This document shows positions 26,534 through 36,841 of a stretch of 64,000 nucleotides of DNA, piece by piece. Source of the stretch: a virus (Duplodnaviria > Caudoviricetes). The notes beneath the pieces are model-generated. The model was not told where the DNA came from and did not search any database. It saw only the letters and a list, made by a program, of their open reading frames with translations. Position numbers and translations under genes: made by a program. How positions within the stretch are numbered: the stretch's first letter is position 1; each line of letters opens with the position of its first letter. The stretch spans positions 1-64,000 of IMG/VR virus record IMGVR_UViG_3300050645_000186, one strand, 5' to 3'.

Positions 26534-26721
26534 GCGACGAGGAGTTGTTTGCCCGGCTGATTTATTACGGGGTAAGCCAGCTCCACCGCGCAGAGCAGGA
26601 AGTGTGGCTCATGCCGCTCGGGCACCTGCTCGATCAATGGGAGGCGCATAAGCAGTTCCACGGGCTGGCAAAGCCCAAGCGAGAGATGTTTATCGAAGAT
26701 ATCATCCCCTATGGCATTTAG
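26515..26721 (+). CDS. gpT-like extension reached by -1 programmed frameshift
   Basis: Open -1 frame with no initiator at its 5' end: SDEELFARLIYYG...EVWLMPLGHLLDQW...IIPYGI*; heptamer A AAA AAC at 26512-26518. Confidence 0.8.
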   Translation, partial: KRAGRVSDEELFARLIYYGVSQLHRAEQEVWLMPLGHLLDQWEAHKQFHGLAKPKREMFIEDIIPYGI

Positions 26722-26727
26722 CGATCG

Positions 26728-26754
26728 GGCATTCCATTGCGGGATGCCTTTTTT
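26728..26754 (+). terminator. Intrinsic terminator-like hairpin
   Basis: GGCATTCC-ATTGC-GGGATGCC followed by T6. Confidence 0.6.
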
Positions 26755-26784
26755 GCTGCACTTTTTCAGGAAGGCGGTGACGGC

Positions 26785-29373
26785 ATGGCGGATAATTTTG
26801 GCTTGAAGATCGGCGTTGAGGGCGAAAAAGAGTTCAAAAAGGCCCTGCGCGAGATCAATCAGGAGTTCAAGGTGCTCGGCTCCGAAATGAAGCTGGTCAC
26901 CTCGCAGTTCGACAAGCAGGACAATTCCGTGCAGGCCGTTACCGCCCGCAAAAAGGTGCTCACAAAGGAAATCGATGAGCAGAAGGAAAAAATCAGCCTG
27001 CTGGAAAAGGCGCTTAAAAATTCATCGGATTCCTTCGGCCAGACGGACAGCCGCACCAAGGCATGGGCCGTCCAGCTCAACAACGCCAAGGCCGAGCTTA
27101 ACGATATGGAGCGCGAGCTGGATAAGAACAACGCCGCGCTCGGGGAGGCCGAGCAGGGTTTCGCTTCCGCTGGCGAGGGTGTCGAAGAGTTCGGCGGCGC
27201 TGTTGAGGAAAGCGCCGACCGGACGGAAAAGGCCGGTGGCAGCTTTGAAAAGATAGGCGGCGTCCTCAAGGGCATCGGGGTTGCCGTGGGCGCGGCCATC
27301 ATAGCCATCGGCACGGCGGCGGTCGCCGCCAGCGTGAGCTTGGTAAAGCTGGGTGACGAATACAATCAGGCGGTCAACCAGATTTCCGCCTCTACCGGCG
27401 CGACCGGAGCCGAGCTGGAGGCGCTGGGAGCCGTTGCTCGGAATGTGTACAAGAAGAACTTCGGCGAAAGCATGGCCGATGTGGCCGAGGGCTTATCGGT
27501 CGTCAAGAAAACCACAGGACTTTGGGGTGCTGATCTGGAAAAGGCCACGGAGTCCGGGTTTGCTTTGCGGGATACGTTCGGCTTTGAAATGCAGGAATCT
27601 GCCCGCGCGGCCGGTGCGCTCATAAAGAACTTCGGCGTGAGCGCCGAGCAGGCGTACAACATTATTGCGGTGGGCGCGCAGAACGGCGCGGACAAAAACG
27701 GCGACCTGCTGGACACCCTGAATGAATACTCCGCGCAGTATTCCGCGCTGGGCCTGTCCGCCGACCAGTTCATCGCGAGCCTGATCAGCGGTGCGGACGC
27801 GGGCGCTTTCTCCATTGATAAAGTAGGCGACGCGGTGAAGGAGTTCAACATCCGTGCCAAGGATGGCAGCGCCACCACGACGCAGGCGTTTGCGACGCTC
27901 GGGATGAACGCGGATGACATGATGCGCCGGTTCGCTTCCGGCGGGGCGGACGCGCAGGCGGCCTTCTTCGAGGTTGTGAGCGCGCTGAACACCATGGAAG
28001 ATCCGTTGGCGAAGAACAATGCGGCCGTGGCGCTGTTCGGCACCATGTACGAGGATTTGGAAGCCAATGTTCTTCCGGTGCTTTCGAGCATGGCGGACGG
28101 CGCACAGCAAAACTACGATGCGCTCTCCCAAATCAATAAAATCAAGTACAGCGACCTCGACACCGCGATCGAGGGCACAAAGCGTTCCCTGCAGGGTGTG
28201 TTTTTGCCCGTGGTCAGCGAGGTATCGGCGGGCATCACCGGCGTATTCTCTACGCTCGGCAACGCCATCAACGAAGCGAACGGCGATTTTGAACAGATCG
28301 CTGCGGCCATCGGTACAGCGATCGGCGACGTTGCCGACATCATCGTGGAAAAGATGCCGATGTTTCTTGAGCTGGGTCTTAATATCGTCATGGCCATCGG
28401 CGGCGCGATCATCGAAAACCTGCCCATGCTGATCGAGGCGTCGGTGAATATCATCATGACGCTGCTCACCGCGCTGATCGAAGCGCTTCCCCGGATCACG
28501 GAGGCAGCGGTGACGCTTGTGCTCACTTTGGTGCAGGGGATTATAGCAAATCTGCCCGCACTGGTAGAGGCGGCCATTCAAATGATCGTGACGCTGGCGA
28601 CGGGCTTGGCCGATTCGCTGCCGGAACTGATCCCCTCCATCGTGGAGGCTATCATTCTCATTGTACAGGTGCTCATACAGAACATGCCCAAGATACTCGA
28701 CGCGGCGCTCAAGATCATTCAGGGCTTGGCGCAAGGACTTTTAAACGCCCTGCCCAAGCTCGTGGACGCGCTGCCTAAGATCATAACGGCGATCATCGAC
28801 TTCATCGTGAACAACCTGCCCAAGATCATCGAAATGGGCATATCGCTCACCGTGCAGCTTGCCGTGGGCCTGATTCAGGCCATTCCCCAGCTTGTCAAAG
28901 CAATCCCGCAGATCATTTCGGCGATCATCGACGGCTTGGGCAAGGCGCTCGGCGCGGTGTGGGAAATCGGTAAAAACATCGTCACGGGCCTGTGGAACGG
29001 CATCCAAAGCATGGCCTCGTGGATCAAGAGCAAGGTCAGCGATTTTGTGGGCGGCATCGTCAGCGGTATCAAGGGTGTGCTCGGCATCCGCTCGCCCTCC
29101 ACCGTGTTCGCCGGGATAGGCGGCCACATGGCGGAGGGCCTTGGCGTGGGCTTCACAAAGGCCATGGACAGCATACGCCGGGATATGTACGGGGCAATAC
29201 CGACAGATTTCGATGTGGATGCGCGTCTCGGCACAAGCGGAAGACCGAACGGTGCGTCCGGCGGCACCACCATCCACCAGAGCATATCGGTGGTCACGCC
29301 CAAGGCGCTCAGTGAGCGGGAGCTTTCCCGCGAGTTCAAGAACCTATCACGCAAATTGGCGCTGGAACTGTAA
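26785..29373 (+). CDS. Tape measure protein
   Basis: MADNFGLKIGVEGEKEFK start; long helical Ala/Ile-rich LP..I repeats. Confidence 0.93.
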   Translation: MADNFGLKIGVEGEKEFKKALREINQEFKVLGSEMKLVTSQFDKQDNSVQAVTARKKVLTKEIDEQKEKISLLEKALKNSSDSFGQTDSRTKAWAVQLNNAKAELNDMERELDKNNAALGEAEQGFASAGEGVEEFGGAVEESADRTEKAGGSFEKIGGVLKGIGVAVGAAIIAIGTAAVAASVSLVKLGDEYNQAVNQISASTGATGAELEALGAVARNVYKKNFGESMADVAEGLSVVKKTTGLWGADLEKATESGFALRDTFGFEMQESARAAGALIKNFGVSAEQAYNIIAVGAQNGADKNGDLLDTLNEYSAQYSALGLSADQFIASLISGADAGAFSIDKVGDAVKEFNIRAKDGSATTTQAFATLGMNADDMMRRFASGGADAQAAFFEVVSALNTMEDPLAKNNAAVALFGTMYEDLEANVLPVLSSMADGAQQNYDALSQINKIKYSDLDTAIEGTKRSLQGVFLPVVSEVSAGITGVFSTLGNAINEANGDFEQIAAAIGTAIGDVADIIVEKMPMFLELGLNIVMAIGGAIIENLPMLIEASVNIIMTLLTALIEALPRITEAAVTLVLTLVQGIIANLPALVEAAIQMIVTLATGLADSLPELIPSIVEAIILIVQVLIQNMPKILDAALKIIQGLAQGLLNALPKLVDALPKIITAIIDFIVNNLPKIIEMGISLTVQLAVGLIQAIPQLVKAIPQIISAIIDGLGKALGAVWEIGKNIVTGLWNGIQSMASWIKSKVSDFVGGIVSGIKGVLGIRSPSTVFAGIGGHMAEGLGVGFTKAMDSIRRDMYGAIPTDFDVDARLGTSGRPNGASGGTTIHQSISVVTPKALSERELSREFKNLSRKLALEL

Positions 29374-29382
29374 GGAGGCCGC

Positions 29383-30234
29383 ATGCACATCACATATGAA
29401 AACAGCGGCGGAGAAACGCTCACCCTGCGCCAGCGCCGCCCGTACTTCCTCACAAGCGTGGATGGTACAGGGCAGACACGGCAAAACATACTCACCTTCA
29501 AAGCGCCGAATCAGGACGGCGCTTTTTATATTTCCGGCACATTGGACATGCGCAACATCACGCTGGAGGGCACGATCGTTGCGGGCAGCACCGACGAGGC
29601 GGCAATGCTGCGACAAAGGCTGCTGCGTATCTTTTCCCCCAAGAAGGCGGGGGTGCTCACGTTTCGCGGCAAGCGCATCCCCTGCAGCGTGGAGGAGGTC
29701 GCCTTCGCCCAGCGCAGCAGCGCGCGCACGCCTTCCTTTTTTATCTCTCTGCTCTGTCCCTCGCCGTTCTTCGAGGACATCGACGAGCTGCGCGTGGAAC
29801 TTGCGGCATGGACGGCCAAGTTCCGCTTTCTCTTCGAAATCCCCGAGACCGGCATGGAGTTCGGCGCGCGTGAGCCGAGCCAGATCATATTTGTCGACAA
29901 CGACGGCGATGTGCCCTGCGGGTGCAGCATCCAGTTCCGGGCGCTGGGCAGCGTCGTGAACCCCGAGCTCATGAACGTGGACACCGGCGAGGTCATGCGG
30001 ATTCTTCGCACCATGACGCCCGGCGAGCAGATCACGGTGGACACGCACTTTGCCGCCAAACGCGTGCGCAGCGTCATGGGAGGTGTGACGGCGAACGCGT
30101 TCCCGGACGTGGATACCGCGTCCACGTTCCTGCAATTGGGCGTGGGCCGCAACACGCTGCGCTACAGCGCGGCCGAGAACATGGACATGCTGGAGGTCAC
30201 CATTTTCTTCCGGCCGCAGTATTTGGGGGTATAG
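29383..30234 (+). CDS. Distal tail protein (Dit)
   Basis: Follows the tape measure gene; LCPSPFF, FLQLGVGRNTLRY. Confidence 0.82.
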   Translation: MHITYENSGGETLTLRQRRPYFLTSVDGTGQTRQNILTFKAPNQDGAFYISGTLDMRNITLEGTIVAGSTDEAAMLRQRLLRIFSPKKAGVLTFRGKRIPCSVEEVAFAQRSSARTPSFFISLLCPSPFFEDIDELRVELAAWTAKFRFLFEIPETGMEFGAREPSQIIFVDNDGDVPCGCSIQFRALGSVVNPELMNVDTGEVMRILRTMTPGEQITVDTHFAAKRVRSVMGGVTANAFPDVDTASTFLQLGVGRNTLRYSAAENMDMLEVTIFFRPQYLGV

Positions 30235-30235
30235 C

Positions 30236-31273
30236 ATGGAGCTTTATATATTCGGCGCGGATCGCAGCCTGCTGGGCGTGATCGAGGCATATGAGCACCT
30301 GCAATGGACACGGAAGTACAGCGCATGCGGCAGTTTCACGCTTCGCGCCATTGCGGATACCAACAATCTGAACCTATTGCGCATGGGGCACATCCTGTGG
30401 AAGAACGACGATGCCGAGGCCGGGATCATAGACCACATCGAGCTAAACGCACAGGAGCAGGAATACATCACCGTCGGTGGGCGGTTTGCGACCGGGCTGC
30501 TGGCCCGCAGGATCATCTGGCATACGGAGATGCTGCAGGGCAATCTCTCGACCGCTGCCGCGCAGCTTCTCGCCAACCATGTGATCGCTCCGTCCGACCC
30601 GGACAGGGCGATTTCTGGTATGAGCTTCATTTCGTCACCCCTGTCCCAAACCGTAACAACGCAGGTTTCCTATCGGAACCTGCTTACCACCGTCGAGGAG
30701 TTATGCGCCGCCTGCGACGTGGGCCTGCGCACGGCGTTCGACCCGATCACAAGGCTGCTCACCGTCACGCTGTACGAGGGCAGAAGCACTTCGGCGGTAT
30801 TTTCCAGAGAGTTTGAAAACCTCACCGAACAGGTGTACACGCACAGCGCGCGGGACTACGCGTGCGTGGCGCTGGTCGGCGGCGAGGGCGAAGGCGAGCT
30901 GCGCACAATGGTCACTTCCGGCACCGGCAGCGGCCTTGGCCGGTACGAGGTGTTCGTGGACGCAAAATCGCTGCGCAGTGAGGACTTCGGAGAAGGGTAC
31001 GCGGCCGCGCTTATCCAGCACGGGGATATCCGGCTCAAGGAACTCGGCGTGGCGCAGAGCTTTGACGCGACGCTCCACAACCAAGGAAATCTGCGCTACC
31101 GGGAGGATTTCGACCTGGGCGATATCGTGACGGTGGTTTCCCCGCGCTGGGGCATATCCATGCGCACGCGCATTACGGAAATCGAGGAAACCTACGGCGC
31201 TGACGGTAGGCACATCGACATTGTGCTCGGGCGTGGCGCGCTCACGCTCGCACAAAAGCTCAAGGGGGTATAA
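30236..31273 (+). CDS. Tail baseplate hub protein (Gp37-like)
   Basis: LQWTRKYSACGSF...YREDFDLGDIVTV...RITEIEE. Confidence 0.82.
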   Translation: MELYIFGADRSLLGVIEAYEHLQWTRKYSACGSFTLRAIADTNNLNLLRMGHILWKNDDAEAGIIDHIELNAQEQEYITVGGRFATGLLARRIIWHTEMLQGNLSTAAAQLLANHVIAPSDPDRAISGMSFISSPLSQTVTTQVSYRNLLTTVEELCAACDVGLRTAFDPITRLLTVTLYEGRSTSAVFSREFENLTEQVYTHSARDYACVALVGGEGEGELRTMVTSGTGSGLGRYEVFVDAKSLRSEDFGEGYAAALIQHGDIRLKELGVAQSFDATLHNQGNLRYREDFDLGDIVTVVSPRWGISMRTRITEIEETYGADGRHIDIVLGRGALTLAQKLKGV

Positions 31274-31275
31274 CC

Positions 31276-31779
31276 ATGGAAAAGAGCGGTTTTTTCAACT
31301 CGTCCGGCGGCGACCGCGTGTACGACGCTTCGGACTTCGCCGGGTATTTCGCCAAGCTGGTCACCAACGGCATCTTTTACGTCGATACCAATAACCTCAA
31401 GGTCGCGGCCTCCGACGGCATGCATGTGCTTGTGGCTCCGGGCAGCGCGTGGATCAGGGGCTATGCATATGAAAACACGCTCCCGCTGGAGCTGACACTC
31501 GCTACGGCCAACGGCGCGCAGCCGCGCATTGACCGGGTGGTGCTGCGCTTGAGCAACGTGGACAGGAACATCGCGCTCACGATAAAGACCGGCGCGGCGC
31601 TGGAAATTCCCATACCGCCCGCCCTGACGCGCACCGTCGAAGTGTACGAGCTGGGGCTTGCGGATGTGCTCGTGGGCAAGGGCGTGGTGTCGATCACGCA
31701 GGATAAGATCACGGACACGCGGCTTGATTCCGCGCTGTGCGGCACGGTGAATTCCCTGATCACCGCCGTGTACGAGTAA
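31276..31779 (+). CDS. Baseplate/upper tail-fibre protein
   Basis: SGFFNSSGGDRVY...PRIDRVVLR...DTRLDSALCG. Confidence 0.75.
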   Translation: MEKSGFFNSSGGDRVYDASDFAGYFAKLVTNGIFYVDTNNLKVAASDGMHVLVAPGSAWIRGYAYENTLPLELTLATANGAQPRIDRVVLRLSNVDRNIALTIKTGAALEIPIPPALTRTVEVYELGLADVLVGKGVVSITQDKITDTRLDSALCGTVNSLITAVYE

Positions 31780-31792
31780 GGCGGTGTGAGAT

Positions 31793-33595
31793 ATGCCGAC
31801 ATTAACCAGACAATGTACCCATGTGTGCGAAATCGACAGGGCTTCCTCCGATCAGGCCAACGCCAACTCGTGCGATGTAGGCAAATACGCGGCTACGACA
31901 AACAACTGCTTTTTCAACTTCGAGAGCCTGAACACGCAGATACCCGCAGGCTCCACGATCAACAGCGCTTCGCTCGTATTGGCGCAGGTTTTGGGCGGCC
32001 ACGCCACGACGCTTACCAGCAAGGTTAGCCTGCGCAAGGGGAATTGGGGCACGTTCACATGGAGCGTCGGCCCACATCTGGCGCGCGACGGCAACCAGTT
32101 TATGCTTACCGGCGCAAACGCGGCAACCCGCACGATCGACGTTACGAACATTGTCCAGTGGATCGTGGACAACAACAGCCCCGATCATATTTTCCGTCTG
32201 GAGCGCGTGCCCAACGACCAGAGCGGCACCAACGACGCAAAGCGCTTTTCCACAACGCCTGCCAACCACAGCATACAGATCAACTACACGCCGCTTGCAC
32301 CGTGCGGGCCTCCGACCAATGTCACAATATCGCCATCCGTGGCGGAAACAGAAGCAACGCTCACGTGGAGCGGCGCGACGGGCGGCGGCGCAAACGCCAT
32401 CACAGGGTATGAGATCGCATACAGCGATTCGCCTGACGGCGAAAATTGGGGCTTATGGCAGCCGCCTGCGATTGTGCCTTCTTCCTCGGGCAGCGGTTCG
32501 TATACCGTCGCGCCGCCAACGACGCGCGGGCATTACCGGCGGTTTCGGATACGCACGCGCGGTGCGCTGGGAGAGGCGTATTACTCGGGCTGGGTGACGT
32601 CGGGCACCCTGCGCAAAAACGTGCTGCCCTCGCCGCCGGGTGTGTTTACTGCCGCGCCGGAGGTGTACGAGGGTGGGAGCATCACCCTCTCATGGAGCGG
32701 CGTGGTGCCGGGCACCAGCGCAATCAAGTCGTACACGATCCAGAGCGCAAGCTCCATGGACGGCGGCGTCACATGGTCGGGCTTTGCGCAGCTTGCCACG
32801 ATCCTGTCCTCCGCGACCTCCGGCAGCACGGTTGTGGCGGCGGATATGCGCGACGGGGTCAAGGTTGTGTACCGCATTCGGACGGTAGACAGCTTCGACG
32901 CGGCCTCGGCGTATGCGTCGAGCAACATCGTCAGCATGGTCACCGCGCCGCCCGCGCCTGCGGTATTGGCACCGATATTCGGCAAAACGGCCTACAGCAT
33001 CATGCCACGGGCGCTGCTCAAGACCGGCGCATATGCGGGCGGAAGCCAAACGCTACGCATTCGTGTGGATGGAGGGCCATGGTACGACAGCGCGGCCGAT
33101 CCGGCGCGGTTCTCGGTACCCGGTTCCTTGGGCGGCAACACCGCGACCATATTCGTGCCACCACCGCTTTCGCCGGGGAGCCATACCCTCTCGGTCAAGG
33201 CGGTCAACGCCGCCACGGGGACGGAAAGCACAGTGGTGACCATATCCTTCATCATCGCGGCGTCGCCGTTTTCGGCGCTCACCGCCAACGTGACCACGGT
33301 CAGGGCGGCGCACATCCAGCAGCTTCGTGACGCGGCCAACGCCGTGCGGCGCTATTACGGCCTGCCGATACAGGTATGGAAGGAAACCGTCGCGGCTGGC
33401 AAAACGCCCGTGTGGCGCTGGCCGCTGCACATCGCGGAGATACGCAGCGCTGTGGACGATATCGTGAGCGTGATCAATGCTCACGACGCATCCGGCGCGT
33501 TCAATGTGCTGCCGGTCGGGTGGCTGCCCTTCACGGCGGGCAGGCCGCGCGCGGATTTGATGCGACAACTGCAAGACCTGATATTGACGCTTTAG
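31793..33595 (+). CDS. Tail fibre/receptor-binding protein with FN3-like repeats
   Basis: TLTWSG...ITGYEI and TLSWSG...IKSYTI beta-sandwich repeats. Confidence 0.72.
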   Translation: MPTLTRQCTHVCEIDRASSDQANANSCDVGKYAATTNNCFFNFESLNTQIPAGSTINSASLVLAQVLGGHATTLTSKVSLRKGNWGTFTWSVGPHLARDGNQFMLTGANAATRTIDVTNIVQWIVDNNSPDHIFRLERVPNDQSGTNDAKRFSTTPANHSIQINYTPLAPCGPPTNVTISPSVAETEATLTWSGATGGGANAITGYEIAYSDSPDGENWGLWQPPAIVPSSSGSGSYTVAPPTTRGHYRRFRIRTRGALGEAYYSGWVTSGTLRKNVLPSPPGVFTAAPEVYEGGSITLSWSGVVPGTSAIKSYTIQSASSMDGGVTWSGFAQLATILSSATSGSTVVAADMRDGVKVVYRIRTVDSFDAASAYASSNIVSMVTAPPAPAVLAPIFGKTAYSIMPRALLKTGAYAGGSQTLRIRVDGGPWYDSAADPARFSVPGSLGGNTATIFVPPPLSPGSHTLSVKAVNAATGTESTVVTISFIIAASPFSALTANVTTVRAAHIQQLRDAANAVRRYYGLPIQVWKETVAAGKTPVWRWPLHIAEIRSAVDDIVSVINAHDASGAFNVLPVGWLPFTAGRPRADLMRQLQDLILTL

Positions 33596-33621
33596 GGCGC
33601 TCCCACAAGGGAGCGCTTTTT
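33596..33621 (+). terminator. Intrinsic terminator
   Basis: GGCGCTCCC-ACAA-GGGAGCGCT followed by a T run. Confidence 0.75.
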
Positions 33622-33652
33622 AGTTAGAACAACGAGAAAGTGAGGATGGCAA

Positions 33653-34066
33653 ATGCGGATTTGGAATGGAATACAGCTTGTTTTCACCGCGATCGGCGGC
33701 GGGATCGGCTGGTTTGTGGGAGGGGTGGACGGCGTGCTGATTGCGCTTATAGCCGTGGTGGCGATCGATTACCTGACCGGCGTGATGTGCGCGGTCGTCG
33801 ACAAGAAGCTCTCCAGCGAGGTCGGCGCGAAAGGAATTTTCAAGAAAGTGCTGATATTCGCCCTCGTCGGCGTGGCGCACATGATCGACAGTCAGGTGAT
33901 CGGAACCGGCAGTACGCTTCGTACTGCCGTGATCTTTTTCTACCTGAGCAACGAGGGCATCTCCGTCGTGGAAAACGCGGCGCGGTTGGGGGTGCCCGTA
34001 CCGGACAAGCTGCGGGACATGCTCGCGCAGCTCGCAAATAAGGGGGATAAAAACGATGCTGAATAA
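33653..34066 (+). CDS. Holin (phage holin family 4)
   Basis: Hydrophobic segments; IDYLTGV, NEGISVVENA, PVPDKL. Confidence 0.92.
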   Translation: MRIWNGIQLVFTAIGGGIGWFVGGVDGVLIALIAVVAIDYLTGVMCAVVDKKLSSEVGAKGIFKKVLIFALVGVAHMIDSQVIGTGSTLRTAVIFFYLSNEGISVVENAARLGVPVPDKLRDMLAQLANKGDKNDAE

Positions 34067-34799
34067 GTTCATTTCCTATCTTGAGGAACAGGTGCGCAAC
34101 CACAGCATGTATGTATGGGGCGGACAAGGCGAGCAGGGCCGCCAAGTAAACGAGGCTTGGATACGCAAGCGCGAGAATAGTACAGCCAACGCCGCGAGGG
34201 CGATCGCCTTCTGGCGCAAACAGGTGATCGCGGGCTACGGCGACGTACTGCGCGCCTTCGACTGCTCGGGGCTGGCCGTGTATTTCCTGCTGAAAGAGGG
34301 CCTGCTCTCGTCTGATACCACGGCGGATGGCCTGATGCGAAAATGTACCCGCATTTCCCAAGGCGAGCTGCGGCGCGGCGACTTCGTATTCAAGGTGGAT
34401 GCGAAGGGTAAGGCGTACCATATCGGGTACATCGTGGACGATGCCCTGAACGTCATTGAGGCGCAAGGCCGCGACACCGGGGTGGTCAAGTCGCCGCTCA
34501 AGGGCTGGAATGCATATGGCAGGCCGCCCTTTTTTAATGCCGTGGCTACGCCCGCTCCTGCGCCTGCGACCCAAAGCCGTGTATTGACGTTGGTAAAACC
34601 CTATATCCAAGGCGCGGACGTAGCCGTGCTGCAGGCGGCTCTCAAAAAGCGCGGGTATACTGTGGGCACGATCGACGGCGTGTTCGGCCCGAAGGCGGAT
34701 AAGGCCGTGCGCAGGTTCCAGAAGAAGGCCAAGCTCACAGTGGACGGTAAGGCTGGGCCTAAGACCAACGCCGCGCTCGGCTTGGAGTGGCGCGGATAA
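34056..34799 (+). CDS. Endolysin (NlpC/P60-type peptidase plus peptidoglycan-binding domain)
   Basis: YVWGG, FDCSG, HIG catalytic motifs; IDGVFGPK and VDGKAGPKT binding repeats. Confidence 0.88.
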   Translation: MLNKFISYLEEQVRNHSMYVWGGQGEQGRQVNEAWIRKRENSTANAARAIAFWRKQVIAGYGDVLRAFDCSGLAVYFLLKEGLLSSDTTADGLMRKCTRISQGELRRGDFVFKVDAKGKAYHIGYIVDDALNVIEAQGRDTGVVKSPLKGWNAYGRPPFFNAVATPAPAPATQSRVLTLVKPYIQGADVAVLQAALKKRGYTVGTIDGVFGPKADKAVRRFQKKAKLTVDGKAGPKTNAALGLEWRG

Positions 34800-34863
34800 A
34801 CAATTTATCAACGGATGCGGGGCGCTGCTGCATGCAGCGCCCCGTTGGTATGGGGGCAAAAGT

Positions 34864-35307
34864 ATGACTTTAGAACAAAAAGAAACCGTGTTCCAAATGC
34901 GGGATCAGGGGTTGAGCTATGCAGAAATAGCATCTGCCCTCAAAATATCCAGAAATACTGTGAAGTCTTTTTGTAGACGGAGTTCTCCAACATTAGAGAA
35001 AACGGCATTGGATAATAAGCAAGATATGCATGAAAATCACAGCCGTTGCAAGCAGTGTGGCACCCTGCTTATTACTCATGGGCACAGAGGGAAGCCGAGG
35101 CTTTTTTGTTGCGACGCATGCCGCCGTACTTGGTGGAAAGAGAACAACAGCGATACACCAAACAGAAAGGCGTATTATCGCTTGATTTGTATGGGGTGCA
35201 AACAAGAATTCAAAAGCTACGGCAACAAGGCCCGCAAATACTGCGGGCATGCCTGTTATATAAGGAACAGATTTGGAGGAGGAGAGCATGACCAAAGAGC
35301 AGTTTGA
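34864..35307 (+). CDS. HTH plus zinc-ribbon protein
   Basis: GLSYAEIASALKISRNTVKSFCRR; CKQC, CCDAC, CMGC, CGHAC. Confidence 0.8.
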   Translation: MTLEQKETVFQMRDQGLSYAEIASALKISRNTVKSFCRRSSPTLEKTALDNKQDMHENHSRCKQCGTLLITHGHRGKPRLFCCDACRRTWWKENNSDTPNRKAYYRLICMGCKQEFKSYGNKARKYCGHACYIRNRFGGGEHDQRAV

Positions 35308-35449
35308 GCGGGAGAAGAACTACCGGGTGGCGCTTTCCATAGCCAAAACCATGCTCGCGCGCGGGCTGATCAACGAGAAGGATTACGCCAAAATCAACAC
35401 GAAACTGATCGCCAAATATCGTCCCATTTTCAGCGGATTGTGCCGCTGA
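35288..35449 (+). CDS. SHOCT-like small protein (53 aa, not in the ORF track)
   Basis: MTKEQFEREKNY...MLARGLINEKDYAKINTKLIAKY. Confidence 0.7.
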   Translation: MTKEQFEREKNYRVALSIAKTMLARGLINEKDYAKINTKLIAKYRPIFSGLCR

Positions 35450-35506
35450 ATTAACTTGCTATGTGTGAAACACAGAGGTAACATGCCTACTGCAAGGAGG
35501 GATCGT

Positions 35507-36841
35507 ATGGCAAGAAATATACGGATAATAGGGCCTTTATCGCCCGCAGCGCCCAAGAAAAAGCGCGTGGCCGCATATGCGCGGGTATCCAGCGGCAAGG
35601 ACGCAATGCTCCACTCGCTCTCGGCGCAGGTCAGCTACTACAGCGCCTATATCCAACGTCAGCCGGGCTGGGAATACGCCGGTGTGTACGCGGATGAGGC
35701 GCTCACCGGCACCAAGGATGACCGCCCGGAGTTCCAGCGGCTGCTTGCCGACTGCCGGGCCGGGCAAATCGATATGGTAGTTACAAAGTCCATATCAAGG
35801 CTGGCAAGGAACACGGTAACTATGCTGGAGGCGGTGCGCGAACTCAGGGCGCTGAACATCGATGTGTTCTTCGAAAAAGAGAATATTCACAGTCTGAGCG
35901 GGGATGGTGAGCTGATGCTTACCATCCTCGCTTCTTTTGCGCAGGAGGAAAGCCGGTCGGTCAGCGAAAACTGCAAATGGCGCATCCGCAGTCGTTTTCG
36001 GGACGGCGAGCTGGTGGGCCTGAGTTATATGTACGGCTATCGCATATGCAAAGGCGTGATCAAGGTTGATTTAGTCGAAGCGGCGGTCGTGAGGCGGGTT
36101 TTCCGGGATTGCATCGAAGGCATCGGCGTGGAGACGATCGCAAAGCGGCTCAACGAGCTGGGCATATCGCAGCGGCGCGGTGGCGAGTGGTCAGGGGCGC
36201 GCGTGCTGCACCTGCTGCACAATGAAAAATATACCGGCAACGCCCTGTTGCAAAAAAGCTACGTCGCCGACCACCTGACCAAGAAGGAACGCCCCAATAA
36301 AGGCGTACTCCCCATGTACTTTGCGGAGGGTACGCATCCCGCCATCATCGACCGGGGCACATTCGATCGTGCGCAACGGCGGCTTGAAGCCAACAGGAAA
36401 AGCAACAACATTTCCAAAGATGCGCCTGCCAGATACCCCTTTTCCGGCATCATCCAATGTGATAATTGCGGGCAGAAATTCAAGCGCGTCGTGTGCCATG
36501 GCAGGCCCTACTGGCAATGCACGACGTATCTTCGTAACGGCAAGGCCGCCTGCCACACCAAACAGATACCCGAGCCTATTCTGCTGTCGCTTGCGGCACA
36601 GGCGCTTGGGCTTTCCGCTTTTGATGAGGCGGCTTTCAACAGCCAAATCCAAGAGATGCGCATACCCGCGCACGATCGGGTGATTTTTGTGTTTCACGAC
36701 GGCCATACGGCGGAGTGCGTATGGCAGGACAATTCGCGCCGGGATAGCTGGTGTGAGGAGAAAAAGCAGCAGGCGCGCCAGCGTCAGCTTGAATATATGG
36801 AAAAGGAGAACAGCCAATGCAACCAAACGCCGCAAGAGTAA
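35507..36841 (+). CDS. Large serine recombinase 1
   Basis: AAYARVSS catalytic Ser; TKSISRLARN; LAQEES-like FAQEES; Zn ribbon CDNC...C...C. Confidence 0.93.
   Translation: MARNIRIIGPLSPAAPKKKRVAAYARVSSGKDAMLHSLSAQVSYYSAYIQRQPGWEYAGVYADEALTGTKDDRPEFQRLLADCRAGQIDMVVTKSISRLARNTVTMLEAVRELRALNIDVFFEKENIHSLSGDGELMLTILASFAQEESRSVSENCKWRIRSRFRDGELVGLSYMYGYRICKGVIKVDLVEAAVVRRVFRDCIEGIGVETIAKRLNELGISQRRGGEWSGARVLHLLHNEKYTGNALLQKSYVADHLTKKERPNKGVLPMYFAEGTHPAIIDRGTFDRAQRRLEANRKSNNISKDAPARYPFSGIIQCDNCGQKFKRVVCHGRPYWQCTTYLRNGKAACHTKQIPEPILLSLAAQALGLSAFDEAAFNSQIQEMRIPAHDRVIFVFHDGHTAECVWQDNSRRDSWCEEKKQQARQRQLEYMEKENSQCNQTPQE

Noticed and set aside
28300-29000. Repetitive LP..I segments in the tape measure gene
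   Set aside because: These are ordinary helical tape-measure repeats.
31793-33595. Tail fibre as a diversity-generating retroelement target
   Set aside because: No reverse transcriptase or template/variable repeat pair was seen in the window.
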